Shown one piece after another: positions 1-12,760 of a stretch of DNA of 64,000 nucleotides. Origin of the DNA: an uncultured delta proteobacterium (GTDB lineage: Bacteria; Myxococcota; Myxococcia; Myxococcales; Myxococcaceae); the NCBI GenBank assembly GCA_963713045.1, contig CAVQKE010000005.1, forward strand, positions 1 to 64,000, given 5' to 3'. The position numbers and the translations under genes are program-made. The notes under the pieces are model-generated. The model was not told the DNA's origin and searched no databases. It saw only the letters and a list, made by a program, of their open reading frames with translations. Numbering within the stretch: position 1 is the first letter of the stretch; each line of letters begins with the position of its first letter.

Positions 1-41
1 AACCCGCGCGGCCCTGGGCTACACCCTTGCCCAGGGAAGGC

Positions 42-1134
42 ATGGAAGAGGGCTCGCACTTGACGGCGTCGCATGGGCCACCCGAGGTGCACGCCGAGGC
101 GCCGCGCGCGTCAACCTCATTGGCGAGCACACCGACTACGCCGGGGGCTTTGTCCTGCCCTTGCCCCTCTTGCTTGACACCCGCGTCGAGCTGCGCCAGC
201 GCGCAGACTTGCAGGTGGTGGCCCGGACGGGGCTGGGCGGCGGAGAGGAGCTGGCCTACCGCCTCGGCGAGGAGCGTCGAGGCCGCGGCTGGCTCGACTA
301 CATCCAGGGCCTGACGGCCGCCCTGCGCCACCGGGGACTTCCGTCGGGCGGCGTTGAGTTGGACATTGCCTCGGAGATTCCGGCCGGAGGTGGCCTGGCC
401 TCCAGTGCCGCGCTGGGGGTGGGGTGCTGCGGGCGCTTCAGGCAGCCTTCGCCCTCCCGCTGGACCGCCTCGAGGTGGCGCGCCTCGTCCAGGCCTCGGA
501 GCGGGACTTCGTCGGCGCACCGGTGGGATTGATGGACCCACTGGCGGCCAGCTTCGGCACCCCCGGCCGTGCCCTCTTCATCGACACCCGCTCGCTGGCC
601 ATGGAAGACGTCGAGCTGCCGGCCCCCTCGAAGTGGGCGTTTTGCATTCTGGCATCAGTCACCGCAACGCTGGGGGCACCTATGCCCAGCGCCGGCGCGA
701 GGCGGACGCGGCGGCCCAAGCGCTCGGGGTACCCGCCCTCCGGGACGTGACCGACCTCCAGCGTGTCCCAGCGCTCCCGCCCCCGCTGGACCGGCGCGCA
801 CGCCACATCGTGACGGAGAATGCCCGCGTGCTGGCCTTCGTCGCCGCGCTGCGCGCGCGAGACTTTGGCGCCCTGGGGCCGCTGTTGAACGCCTCCCACC
901 GCTCGCTGAAAGAGGACTACGAAATGTCCCACCCGGATGTGGACGTCCTGGTCGCCCTGGCCCAGGCTGAACCGGACGTCCTGGGGGCCCGGATGACAGG
1001 TGGGGGCTGTGGCGGCGCTGTCCTCTTCCTCACCACAGCCGGACGAGCGTACGGCATCGGCATTCGCCTGGTGGACGTCTACCGCGAACCACAGGACGTC
1101 TGGGTCCCTGCTGGTACCGGCCGCGGGCAGCTGA
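42..1134 (+). CDS. galK: Galactokinase (split by several frameshifts)
   Basis: RVNLIGEHTDY signature at ~108-140, GGGLASSAA GHMP ATP loop and GARMTGGG motif spread over ORFs 27-314, 161-532, 424-750 and 354-1388; ends approximate. Confidence 0.85.
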
Positions 1135-1218
1135 CAGAAGGACGGCCGGTGGCGCTTTGGAAACGGCTGAGGCCCTCCCGTCGCGCTGACGGGGGCTGCG
1201 CTAGACTGTCGCCTCAGC

Positions 1219-1689
1219 GTGGCACCGATTACGCCAGAACCTCGCCCCACTGTGCCTGCGGCGTTCCGCATTCGCCTCGCACGCCGCGGCGACGGGGAGC
1301 AGCTGGGCGCGCTTTTCGCCGAGCTTGGACATTCGGGGGCCGGGGACACCAGCACCGTGCATTGGGTGCTCAGCCATCCGGAGATTGAGGTGTACGTCGC
1401 CGCCGATGCGCAGGACCGGCCGATTGGGCTGCTTTCGCTGTCCCACCGTCCCCAGCTTCGTCTGTCTGGCCGCGTGGCCACCATTGACGAATTGGTGGTC
1501 GCCGCTGCCTGGCGCCAAAAAGGGGTGGCTCGGGCTCTCATGCAACGGGCGCTGGAGCGGGCACGCGTCCTCAGCGTCAAGCGGGTGGAGCTCCAGCTGC
1601 CGAGTCTGCCCGAGGAGGCCACGGTGGCCTTCTGCGCGGCGATGCAATTTGAGGACGCCGAGCGCGGAGTGGTGGTACGGGCGCCCTAG
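1219..1689 (+). CDS. GNAT family N-acetyltransferase
   Basis: IDELVV..WRQKGVARALM acetyl-CoA-binding motif A; 156 aa. Confidence 0.85.
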   Translation: MAPITPEPRPTVPAAFRIRLARRGDGEQLGALFAELGHSGAGDTSTVHWVLSHPEIEVYVAADAQDRPIGLLSLSHRPQLRLSGRVATIDELVVAAAWRQKGVARALMQRALERARVLSVKRVELQLPSLPEEATVAFCAAMQFEDAERGVVVRAP

Positions 1690-1733
1690 GGGTCTCCAGC
1701 CCCTTCAAGAGGGGCGCGAGGCCACGGCGTTCT

Positions 1734-2051
1734 TCACCCGAGCAGCCGGGCGCGCAGCTCATCCGCCACGTCGACGAAGCGGAGGCCGATGGCCTTGTCC
1801 GCCGGACGCACCCAGGCCACCACCCCGTCCACCGGAAGACGCTCTGCGCCGACCACCAGGCTGAGGGCGAGCCGGCGTCCCACCGCGTAGACGGCGCGCG
1901 TCCGCAGGCAGAGTCCGCCGAGGGAGAAGTCGAGTGAGTAGGCGCGCAGGACGCGCGCGGCGTGGACGGCGTCGGTGAAGCGCACCTCAATTCGAGTGGG
2001 AAAGCGCGCCTCGCGCCGGCGCTCGACGGCGGGCGGGGTGTTCAACTCCAC
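1734..2051 (-). CDS. PilZ domain protein (myxobacterial TIGR02266-like); in frame with the upstream ppx C-terminus as assembled
   Basis: ERRREARF (RxxxR) and DFSLGG (DxSxxG) c-di-GMP motifs; true stop may be the TAG at 1686-1688 after a frameshift. Confidence 0.8.
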   Translation of the reverse strand: MELNTPPAVERRREARFPTRIEVRFTDAVHAARVLRAYSLDFSLGGLCLRTRAVYAVGRRLALSLVVGAERLPVDGVVAWVRPADKAIGLRFVDVADELRARLLG

Positions 2052-3624
2052 CGACGGTCCACGGCCACGCGGGCCGCCAGCCGTGGATTGACGCGGACGC
2101 CACGGCGCGGGGCGGCTGGCGGCGCGCTCCACCTGGACGATGAGTTTGCGTCCGAAGACTCGGCGGAACAGCGCTGCCTCGTGCCCGGCGTCCCACAACT
2201 CCAAGTCCACCGGCTGTCGCGCCCTCAGCTTCACCACCACGGCGCTGGGAAGAAGGCGGGCTTGCAGCCGCAGGATGGTTTGCCGGTGGCTCCGGTCCAG
2301 CGAATCGGCCAGTCGCAACAGCGTGGCCAGCTTGCGGACCAGGCGCACCTCAGCCGGCTGAAGCCCGTCCATGCCGGAATGGCTCGCGTCTGGTGGACTT
2401 CGACGGTGGTAGCGGGCGATGCGCGCCACCAACTCGCGCTCTCGGTCACGGAGGCCGGAATCTCCGAGTTTTGAATGAGGTAGTAGGTATGCCGGTGGTG
2501 GCGGGTGTAGCTGACGGCATTGCCAATGTCGTGCAGCACCGAGGCCGCCTCCAACAGCGGCCGGGAGGAGGCGGGGAGCCCGGTGCGGCGGGCCAAGTTC
2601 ATCGAAAAGCTGAAGCGCCAGCCGAGTCACCTGGGTGGAATGCGCCTCATCGAATTGGAAGCGTCGGCCGATGAGTAACGCCGCGTCCGCCAGGCTGTGG
2701 TCGTCGGACGGCGAGTCAATGCGCCGGACCAGGTCCACCAAGATGCCGTCGCGGAGGCCCCGCTGCACGGCGGTGACGGACTCCAGCCCGAGGTGGTGCA
2801 CCAGCGACTCGAGGATGATGGCGCCGGCGCAGATAATTTCTGCCCGCTGCGGTCAAACCGTTTGCGGAGCTGCGCGGGGGACATCTCGGCCAGCTCCTCC
2901 ACGGCCTGGGTAATTTGGCGGGCGGTGGCATGGGCGGTCCCCTCGGCGGCGGCAAAGGCCACCACGGCGTTGATGGTGCCGCTGCTGCCGAGGGCGCTGC
3001 GCGGCGTGCGGGCGATGCGGGCCGGCAGGGATTCGGTGAGCGCCTCGGACGCAAACCCGCGAATCAGCTTCAGCTGCTTGCCGGTGACACCGCGACTGGT
3101 GCCGAACAGCTCGGTCAAGCGGACAGCGCCCAGTGCGACACTCCACATGGCGGTGGGGTTTTCGCCGGTGGCGGCGGCCACCTCGGTCGAGCCACCGCCA
3201 ATGTCGACGCAAAGCGAGCGCGCGGGAGGAGGCTTCCCGCGCAGGACCCCGAGGGTGGTGAGGCGCGCTTCCTCCATCCCGGAGATGACTTCCAGCCGCA
3301 AGCCGGCCTCGTCGCGGGCGCGCCGGACGATTGCATCGCGGTTCTTGGCCTCGCGGAGCGCGCTGGTGGCCACTGCCCGCACGTCCGCGTGGTAGCGCCG
3401 GCACAACGCCCCATAGCGGCGCAGGGTCGACAACAGCCGGTCGGCAACCTCCCGGGGAATGGCGCCGGTCCGAAAGACGCCCTCGCCGGGCCGCACTGGG
3501 TCGCGCTCGCTGTGCAGCGACTCCGAGAGCCGTTGGCCAGCCGGCGCGCCAGCTCCAGCCGCACGGCGTTGGTCCCCACGTCAATGGCAGCCAGCACTGG
3601 CTCTGTCCGGGGGATTCGCTTCAC
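2042..3624 (-). CDS. ppx: Ppx/GppA exopolyphosphatase with HD domain (frameshifted)
   Basis: LAAIDVGTNAVRL, VATSALREAKN, DIGGGSTE, LHDIG and ARYHRR motifs across ORFs 3115-4188, 2627-3496, 2231-2602 and 1734-2801; 3' end uncertain. Confidence 0.85.
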
Positions 3625-3712
3625 TGCACTTCGGGCATTATCAGCTGTGTCCGACCGCCGGCGAGCCCCAGACTTGCGCCCCCCCGCGCTGTCACCTATT
3701 CGTGACCTGACC

Positions 3713-5880
3713 GTGCCCGACCACCGCCACCGGCGACTTGACCGACGCCGCCTCTTCCTGAATCGGGAGCTGTCCTGGCTGGCCTTCAACAAAGGGTCCT
3801 TCGCGAAGCGCAGACCGCGACGCTCCCGCTTTACGAGCGGATTCGGTTTCTCGCACTTTTTGCCGCCAACCTGGACGAATTCTTCATGGTGCGCGTGGCC
3901 GGACTCAAGCAGCGGCTGGCCGGTGGTGTCGCCTCCCCGGAGGCCGACGGGCTGCTTCCCGCCGAGCAGCTGGCCGCCATCTCCGAGCGGGCCCACGGGC
4001 TGGTGGCGCAGGTGGGGCCGCTCTGGTCGGGCGACCTCCTCCCCGCCCTCAAAGCGGTCGGCGTTTCGTTGTTGTCCACCGCAAGCCTGGAGCCGGCCTG
4101 GCAAGAGGCGGCCAAGGAGCATTTCCACTCGAGTGTTTTCCCGGTGTTGACGCCTCTCGCCGTGGACCCCGGCCACCCCTTTCCCCACCTGAGAAATAAG
4201 ACGCTCAACATCGCCGCCGTGCTGCGGCGGGTGCCAGCCGCCGCACCAAGCCTGCGGCGCAGGAAACCGAGCTGGCTGTCGTCCCGGTGCCGAGCGTCAT
4301 GCCCCGGCTGGTTCCCCTGCCCTCTGCAAACGGACACGCCTACATCCTGCTGGAGGACCTCATCTGCCGCTCCTTGGCGGAGCTCTTCCCAGGCTTCACA
4401 GTGGAGCACGCCGCAAGCTTTCGAGTGACACGGAACTGGGACCTCGCGGTGGACGAGGAGGAATCCGAGGACCTTCTCGCCTCCATCCAGGACGACCTCA
4501 AGCGCCGCGAGCGGGGAGCCAGCGTCCGGCTAGAGCTCGACGCCGGAGCGCCGGACATCATCGAGCAGGAGCTGAAGAAGGCACTCCACCTCACCGCGGA
4601 GGACGTCTACCGGTGCGAAGCGCCGCTGCAGCTGTCGGACTTGGTGGCGCTGGCCGAGCGGGACCCTCGCCCCGAGCTGCGAGTCGAGCCCTTCTCTCCG
4701 GCGCTCCCGCACGTCCTCCGGGACTTGAAAAGCCAGTTCCCTGTCTTCGCCCAGCGCGACGTGCTGCTGCACCACCCCTTCGAGTCCTATGACCCGGTGG
4801 TGCGTTTCATCGACGAGGCAGCCGACGACCCGGCGGTGCTGGCCATCAAGCAAACCCTCTACCGCCTCAGCGCCGAGAGCCCATCGCCCAGGCGTTGAGC
4901 CGGGCGGCAGAAAACGGCAAGCAAGTGGCGGTGCTGGTGGAGCTCAAGGCCCGACTGGACGAGGCCAACAACATTGCCTGGGCGCGGCGAATGGAGGAGG
5001 CCGGCGTCCACGTGGTGTACGGACTGTTGGGCCTGAAGACGCACTGCAAGGTGGCGCTGGTGGTGAGGCGCGAGGCGGGAGGCATTCGCCGGTACGTGCA
5101 CCTGGGAACCGGGGACTACAACGGCCAGACTGCCCGGCACTACACCGACGTCTCCTTCTTCACCGCCCGGGAGGAGATTGCGGATGACGTCACCGCCCTC
5201 TTCAACATGCTGACCGGCTATTCGGTGCCGCCCAAATTCAAGCGGCTGGTGGTGGCGCCCTTCAACCTGGTGGAGCGGCTGCTCCAGCTGATCGAGGAGA
5301 GGCCGACCGGGCGCGAAACGGAGAGCCGGCGCGGATTGTCGCCAAGATGAACAACCTGGTGGACGCCTCCATCATCCGGGGGCTTTACCGGGCCAGCCAA
5401 GCGGGGGTCCGCGTGGAACTTTTGGTCGCGGCATTTGCTGTCTCCGGCGGGCCTCCCCGGAATCTCCGGCACATTCGCGTGACGTCGGTGGTGGACCGCT
5501 TCTTCGAACACACCCGCCTCTTCGCCTTCGGCGCACGGGAGCGCGCCGAAGTCTTCCTCACCTCGGCGGACTGGATGCCACGCAACTTCCATCGCCGCAT
5601 CGAAGTGATGGTGCGGGTGGAGGACGTGGGGCTGCGGAGCCGCCTTTTGGACGAGGTGCTGGGGCTCGGCCTTCGCGACACCGCCAAGGCAACGGAGCTG
5701 AGGGCGGATGGAAGCTACGTCCAGGTCGCCGCCCATGGCGGCGGCGCCGGCTTCCGAAGCCAGATGGCCGCCCTGGAACTGTGCCGGCGCCACGACGAGC
5801 CCAAGCCGGCAGACGCGCGGCTGCGCCACTCGCCTGGTCCCGCCGACTCGCCCGCGCCCCGCAACATCCCGCCAGGCTGA
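3713..5880 (+). CDS. ppk1: Polyphosphate kinase 1 (frameshifted), divergent from ppx
   Basis: [53 protein letters not shown] across ORFs 3886, 4287, 4895 and 5347. Confidence 0.9.
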
Positions 5881-5963
5881 CGGCTCGCCAAAGGACACCC
5901 CCCCCCAACGGACGGCCAAGCCCGGCTGCCCATCCCCGTTCCCCTCGCGAGGCGCTCGCGCCC

Positions 5964-6978
5964 ATGCCTCCGGCAATCGACGTCCTTCGCGCCCGGCAAG
6001 CCCTTCGCGGCCTTCTGCCCGCCGTCCGCGCGGCCGCCCCCGTCTCGCTGTGCCTGGCAGCGGGCAACTGATGGGCCGGACCGATGTCGGCCTCGTCATG
6101 GCGGTCGGCGCCCGGCGGGTGGCGATTGCCGACCCGCACGGCGAGCCGGCCTCCCGGGGTGCCAATGTGGCGCTTGCCGCCGGGGCGGATGCGGTGGCCG
6201 TGTTTCTCGGAACGCTTGCCGGCAACTCCCTTCCGCTGTCGGCCCTCGGAATGTTTGTCCTCGGCTGGGTGGCCGGGTGGCAAGAAGCCACCAAGAGGCA
6301 GCCGGCCGGCTGGCCGCGGCGCCAGCCGTCCTCTTCGCCCTCGCCCAACTTCTTCCCGGGGACCTGGGCGCAGCGGGTCAACGGGCGCTGGCCGTGGCCG
6401 TCGGGGGCGTCGCCGCGTCCCTCTCCCTTCTCGGATGGCTTCCCAGCGGCTGGCTGAAGCTGGCGCTGGCGCGGGCGCGGGCGTCGCTGGCGTTGCTTGC
6501 TGCAGCGGCCTCCCATCCCGCGGAAGGTAGCCGCTTCGGCCTCCTCCTTGCGGGGACAGTGACGGGGTGCTTATTGGCAGTCCGCGCGCTGGGGGTCCCC
6601 CGGGGCAACTGGGTGGTGGTGTCCACGTTGTTGGTGCTGCGGCCGGAGGCCGGCGGGACGCGCCGTCGGGCACTGGAACGGCTGGAGGGAACGCTGCTCG
6701 GCTGCGCGCTGGCCGGAGGACTCCTCATCCTGTTGCATTCGGTGGTGCTGACCGACTTGCTGATTTTCCTGTTGCTGGTCGGTTACTTCCGACTCCCACC
6801 GGGCTCGCCCTGGGCCCTGGCCTTTTTCACGCCGGCGCTTGTCTTGGGGGTGGGCCTGTTGGAGCCCGGCCATTGGCAGTGGGCGCTCAACCGAGCGCTG
6901 GACGTCGTGGCCGGCACGCTGGTGGCGCTCGCCGTCGGGCTTCTCTTCGGCGCCCGGGAGCCGCCGGCTGCGTTATAG
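5964..6978 (+). CDS. FUSC-family (aromatic acid exporter-like) membrane protein (frameshifted)
   Basis: WVVVSTLLVLRP..RRALERLEGTLLG and ALNRALDVVAG FUSC_2-type motifs; multiple TM segments. Confidence 0.65.
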
Positions 6979-6989
6979 CGTCAGCTGGT

Positions 6990-9508
6990 TTGTCTGCATC
7001 TTCTGCCCCCTCGCCGCGCTGCTGCCGCCTCCCTCCGCCACCATCGACGGGGACGCCGTCCTGTCGCGCTTTCTTCAGTACGTCAGTGACGTCGGGCTGT
7101 CGCTGTACCCGGCCCAAGAGGAGGCGCTGCTGGAGTTGATGGGGGGAAAGAATCTGGTCCTCAACACCCCCACCGGCTCCGGCAAATCGCTGGTGGCCAC
7201 CGCCCTCCACTTCAAGGCGCTCGCCGAAGGGAAGACGTCCGTCTACACGACGCCCATTAAGGCCCTGGCCAATGAGAAGTTCTTCGCCCTCTGCCAGCTC
7301 TTCGGTCCGTCCCGGGTGGGGATGCTCACCGGGGATGCTTCCATCAACCGCACGGCACCCATTCTCTGCTGCACCGCCGAGGTGCTGGCCAACATCGCGT
7401 TGCGGGAAAGCCGGCCCCGCATCGACACGGTGGTGATGGACGAATTTCACTACTACGGGGACGCGGAACGCGGCTGGGCCTGGCAGGTTCCGCTGTTGGC
7501 GCTGCCCGAGGCCACCTTCCTCCTCATGTCGGCGACGCTGGGGGACACCGCCCAGATTGAGGAAAGCCTGGCCCGCACCACCGGCCGGCCGGTGGCCCGT
7601 GTGTCCAGCAGCGAACGCCCGGTGCCTCTCGAATTCTCCTACCGGGAAACGCCGCTGCACGAGACGTTGGAGGAGCTGGTGCATGCCGGAAGGGCACCGG
7701 TGTACCTGGTCAACTTCACCCAGCGGGCGGCCAATGAAATGGCCCAGGCACTGACGTCCGTCAACCTCACCACCCGCGAGGAGAAGGAGCGCATTCGGGC
7801 CGAGTTGCAGGGCACCCGCTTCGACTCGCCCTTTGGGAAGGACATGCGCCGCTACCTCTCGGTGGGCATCGGCCTCCACCACGCCGGGCTTCTGCCAAAA
7901 TACCGGTTGGCCTGCGAGAAGCTGGCGCAAACCGGGCTACTAAAGGTAGTGAGCGGCACCGACACCCTGGGGGTGGGGGTCGACATCCCGATTCGCACCG
8001 TCCTCTTCAGCCAACTGTGCAAGTACGACGGAGAGAAGACGGCGCTCCTCTCCGCCCGGGACTTCCACCAAATTGCAGGCCGCGCTGGCCGGAAGGGCTT
8101 CGACCAGCGCGGCTACGTCGTCGCCCAAGCGCCGGAGCACGTCATTGAAAACCTCCGGCTGGCGCAAAAGTCCGCCGCCGGGAAGAAGGTGGTCCGGAAG
8201 CAGCCCCCCGCCCGGGGCTACGTCCCTTGGGAGCGCTCCACCTTTGAGAAGCTGGTGGCCCGGCCGCCGGAGCCACTCGCCTCTCGCTTCGACGTCACCT
8301 TCGGGATGCTTCTCAACCTGCTTCAAGCAAACCCAGAGGTGCCGGGAGGCGGCTACGGACGGCTGGTGCGGTTGACGCTGGCGAGTCACAGCACCCCCTT
8401 CGAAAAGCGGCGGCTTCTGCGCAGGGCGGCAATGCTCTTCCGGACGCTGCGCAAGGCGGGACTGCTCTCCGTCTACAAGCACCCCCACGCCAAGTCGGCC
8501 GAGGTCGAGATTGCGAGCGGGCTGCAGCGGGAATTTTCACTTCATCAGACGCTCAGCCTGTACCTGGTGGCGGTGCTCGAGTCCCTCGACCGCACCTCGG
8601 CCAGCTACGCCTTAGACGTCGTCACCTTGGTGGAGTCCATCCTCGAGGACCCGGAGGTGGTGCTCCGGCGGCAGCGGGACGCGCTGCGCACCACCCGGAT
8701 GGCCGAACTCAAGGCCTCCGGCGTGGAGTACGCCGAGCGCCTGGCCGAGCTCGAAAAAGTGGACTACCCCAAGCCGCTGGCGGACTTCATTTACGGCACC
8801 TTTGACAGCTTCTCGGCGCTGCACCCTTGGGTGGGGCAGGAAAACATCCGCCCCAAGTCCATTGCCCGCGACATGCTGGAGCGCTTCTGCAGCTTCGCGG
8901 ACTACGTGCGCGAGTATGAGGTGCAGCGCTCCGAGGGCGTCCTGTTGCGCTACCTGACCGACGCCTACAAGACGCTGGTGCAAGGTGTCCCTGAGTCCTA
9001 CCGCACCGAGGAGCTGGAGGAGTTGATGGCCGCGCTGCGACAGGCCCTGCGGGACGTGGACAGTAGCCTTTTGGACGAATGGGAGCGGCTGCAGCTGCCG
9101 CCGGGCGTGACGCCGGACGCGCCACCGGTGGTCCCTGCGGCGCCGTCACAACGTGAAGTGGTGGCGCGGCTTCGGGCCGAGCTGCACCGTCTTCTGCGGG
9201 CCCTGGCGACGCGTTCCTGGGAGGAGGCACTGGCCGCGCTGGCCCCCGGGCACGGCTGGACGGCGGCGGATTTGGAGGCCGAAATGGCGCCCTACTTCGC
9301 CGAGTACGGCCAGGTGGTGTTGACGCCGGAAGCGCGGCGACCTGAGCACTCTCTGCTGAAGCCGGTGGGGCCGCGCCGGTGGGAGGCCCGCCAGCGCATT
9401 CTTGACCCGGCCGGACACGCCGACTGGATGCTGGACTGCGCAGCTCTCCTCCCCGAGGGCCCCCTGCCGGACAGCCCTCTGCTTGAACTTCGTCGCGTTG
9501 GCGTTTAG
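6990..9508 (+). CDS. Superfamily II DEAD/DEAH-box helicase (HelY/Ski2-like, DUF3516-type C-terminus)
   Basis: TPTGSGKS Walker A, DEFH, MSAT, QIAGRAGR motifs; probable TTG start ~6990 with early frameshift. Confidence 0.9.
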
Positions 9509-9525
9509 AGACCCGTGCCCTCCCC

Positions 9526-9987
9526 GTGTCCCTCCTCATCCGCATGCGGCACTACCCCATCAACGATGTCTCCACCGACGTCGAAGCCCCCCCAGCGCTG
9601 GACGGCCGAGACGGCACCCCCGGCGGTGGCCCAGCCATGACGGAGGAGCGCCGGGCGAAGTCGCGCCTGGCTTACCCCCAGCTGCTCGGCGGCCTGGTGC
9701 TGCCGCTCGCGCCGAAGGAAGCCCTGGCGGTGGCCGAGAAGGCCGCCCGACGGCAATCGGGCTGGTCCATCCGCCGCGTGGACGCCGCCCAGGGACTGCT
9801 GACCGCGGTGGCCGTGACGCCGCTGCTTCGCTTCCGGGATGACATCACCATCCGCGTGCGCTCAGCGGCCAATGGCTCGCGGGTGGATGTCCGGAGCCGC
9901 TCGCGCCTGGGGCGCGACGACTTGGGCGCCAACGCGGCGCGCATCCGCCGCTTCTTCCGCGTCCTGCAGGCCGAGCAGGCCGGCTAG
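9526..9987 (+). CDS. DUF1499 domain protein
   Basis: YPINDVSTD, TPLLRFRDD, VDVRSRSRLGRDDLGANAARI motifs. Confidence 0.8.
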   Translation: MSLLIRMRHYPINDVSTDVEAPPALDGRDGTPGGGPAMTEERRAKSRLAYPQLLGGLVLPLAPKEALAVAEKAARRQSGWSIRRVDAAQGLLTAVAVTPLLRFRDDITIRVRSAANGSRVDVRSRSRLGRDDLGANAARIRRFFRVLQAEQAG

Positions 9988-10049
9988 CGGCACGCCCTGC
10001 CTCCCCCGCTTCCAAAAGACGTCAACCCCCCCGCTTCCACCCCCTCGTC

Positions 10050-11676
10050 ATGGCCACCATACAAGTCACCGGCGTCACCAAGGCCTATGGACAAAAGCGC
10101 CTCTTCGAGGACGTGGACGTCGTCTTCTCCGAGGAGCGCCGCTACGGACTGACCGGGCCCAACGGGGCCGGCAAGTCGACCTTCATGCAGATTCTGTCCG
10201 GCGAGCTGGAGCCGGACGCCGGCACCGTCTCCCGTCCGAAGAAAACGTCGGTGCTGAAACAGGACCAATTCGCCTACGAGGAGCAGCGCGTCCTGGATGT
10301 GGTGGTCCAGGGCAACGGCGCTCTCTGGGCTGGCCTTCAAGAAAAGGAGGCGCTGCTGCACAAGCCGGACCTCACCGACGCCGAGGGGCACCGCCTGGCC
10401 GACCTCGAGGCTCTCATCGCCGAGGAGGATGGTTACACCGCCGAAAGCGACGCGGCCGAGTTGCTCAGCGGACTCGGTGTCCCGGAGGGGGACCACAGCA
10501 AACGGATGCGGGAGATTGCCGGCGGCCTCAAGCTGCGCGTGCTGTTGGCCCAGGCCCTTTTTGGCAAGCCCCAGGCGCTGCTGTTGGACGAGCCGACCAA
10601 CAACCTCGACTTGGACTCCATCCGCTGGCTCGAGCGCTTCCTGCAGTCCTATGACGGGGTGCTGGTCACCATCAGCCATGACCGGCACTTCCTCAACGCC
10701 ATCTGCACCCACATCGCCGACATCGACTACCAAACCATCATCACCTACACCGGCGGCTACGACGACATGGTGCTGGCGAAGAGCGAGGTCCGCAGTCAAA
10801 TAGAACAAGACAACGCCGAGAAGCAGAAGAAAATCGTCCAGCTGCAGGACTTCGTCGCTCGCTTCTCGGCCGGGGACGCGGGCCAGTCAAGTGCAGAGCC
10901 GTAAGAAGGCCCTGGAGAAGCTGCAGCTCACCGAGCTCAAGCGCAGCAACATCGAGCGCCCCTTCATCCGGTTCGAGCCGAAGCGGCCCTCCGGGAAACA
11001 GACATTGACCGTGGAGGGGCTGAGCAAGCGCTGGCCGGCAGTCACGGTGTGCGAGGGCTTCGACGCGCTGGTCATGCGGGGCGAGAAGATTGCCGTCATC
11101 GGCCGCAACGGCGCCGGAAAGACGACGCTGTGCAAGCTGCTGCTGGGCGAACTGGTGCCAGACGCCGGCACCGTCACTTGGGGCCATGAGGCGCAGGTGG
11201 GCTATTTGGCGCAGGACCACCGGGAGGGGATTGCACGCGGCACGACGGTGGCCGACTGGCTCCATGACATCGACCCGCGCGCTGGCAATGAGGACATCCG
11301 CGGGCTGCTGGGACGGATGCTTTTCAAAGGCGAGGAGGGCCTCAAGTCCACCGACGCCCTTTCAGGAGGCGAAGCGGTGCGCCTCATTCTGGCCAAGCTG
11401 ATGCTGACCCGCGACAACGTCCTCGTCCTGGACGAGCCCACCAACCACTTGGACCTTGAATCCATCATCGCCCTCGGCGACGCACTCCAGCGCTTTCCGG
11501 GGACCGCCATCGTCGCCTCCCACGACCGCGACCTGATTGGCAGCTTCGCCACCCGCCTCTTCGCCTTGACCCCGAATGGGCTGGTCGACTTCCGCGGCAC
11601 CTACGAGGAGTTTCTGGAGAAGGTGGGGGACGTCGAGATGCGCCGGCGACAGGATGGCACCGCTCGCCGCCGCTAG
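10050..11676 (+). CDS. ABC-F family ATPase (YbiT-like), frameshift near 10875
   Basis: Two ABC cassettes (GPNGAGKST / LLLDEPTNNLD; GRNGAGKTT / LSGGE / LVLDEPTNHLD), no TM segments. Confidence 0.9.
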
Positions 11677-11787
11677 CGGCAAACAGCTGGAGTCGAGCCT
11701 CGGTCTAGTCGGGACTGCCGAAACGTCGGCCTCCCCACCTGGGGCCGTCGAAAGGCAAATCTGCGGCCATCCCCCGGGGGTCGCTGG

Positions 11788-12636
11788 TCACAGCGTCGGC
11801 AATTCCCGGCCGGTTTGCAGGGGGAAGGCCTCTTCCACCTGTGCAATGTCTTCGGTCGTCAGGACCAGGGTCGCCGCAGCGGCGTTGGAGCGGACGTGCT
11901 CCGTGTCTGCTGCCTTGGGGATGGCAAACACCTGCTGGTCTCGCAGGAGGAAGGCCAACGCGACCTGGTGGGGCGTCGCCTGGTGGGACTGGGCCAGCCG
12001 GGCCAGGAGCTTCCCTCCTTTGGTGTTGGGCGCCGGAAAACGTCCCGAGCCGAAAGGGCTGTAGCCCACCAGCGCCACCTCCTGCCGGACGCACCAGGGC
12101 AGCACCTCGGCTTCCATCTCCCGCGCCTTCAGGTGGTAGAGGACTTGGTTGCAGGCGATGCGGCCGGGGCCGGCAATGCGCCGGGCCTCCTCCAAGTCGG
12201 AGACGTCGAAGTTGCTCAGCCCCCAGCTGCGAATTTTTCCTGCCTGCACCAATTCCTCGAAAGAGGCGATGGTGTCTTCCAGCGGATGGCGCCCTGGCCA
12301 GTGCAACAAGTAGCAGTCGAGGTGGTCCGTCCGCAGCCGCCGCAGGCTGCGCTCGCAGGCAACAAGCGTCCCCTTGCGGCTGGCGTTGGAAGGCGACACC
12401 TTGCTGACGAGAAACACTTCGGCGCGACGCCCAGCCAAGGCCTCCCCCACCATTTCTTCCACCCGACCGCTTCCGTAAAGTTCCGCGGTGTCCACGTGGC
12501 AGAGTCCCGCGTCCACGCCGGCCCGCAGCGCCGCCACCACAGCACCGGCGTCGTTGGACTCCATCTTCCACGTCCCCTGCCCCATCTTGGGGACCGCCGT
12601 CCCCGTCCAGCCCCATGCGCGCGTCTCAATGGCCAT
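11788..12636 (-). CDS. Aldo/keto reductase
   Basis: MGQGTW, DTAELYG, LVSKV, LLHWP, GLSNF, CNQVLY, AIPKA motifs. Confidence 0.9.
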   Translation of the reverse strand: MAIETRAWGWTGTAVPKMGQGTWKMESNDAGAVVAALRAGVDAGLCHVDTAELYGSGRVEEMVGEALAGRRAEVFLVSKVSPSNASRKGTLVACERSLRRLRTDHLDCYLLHWPGRHPLEDTIASFEELVQAGKIRSWGLSNFDVSDLEEARRIAGPGRIACNQVLYHLKAREMEAEVLPWCVRQEVALVGYSPFGSGRFPAPNTKGGKLLARLAQSHQATPHQVALAFLLRDQQVFAIPKAADTEHVRSNAAAATLVLTTEDIAQVEEAFPLQTGRELPTL

Positions 12637-12760
12637 CTGCACCCTCCCATTCTGGGAGGGGAAGTTGGCGCTTGGGCCGGAGAAATGCCACCCGGGGAAG
12701 CCCCTGCCCAAGGCGCGGGGACGGCGGTACGGTCCCCGTCTGCAGAAGGGGTGTGCACCC

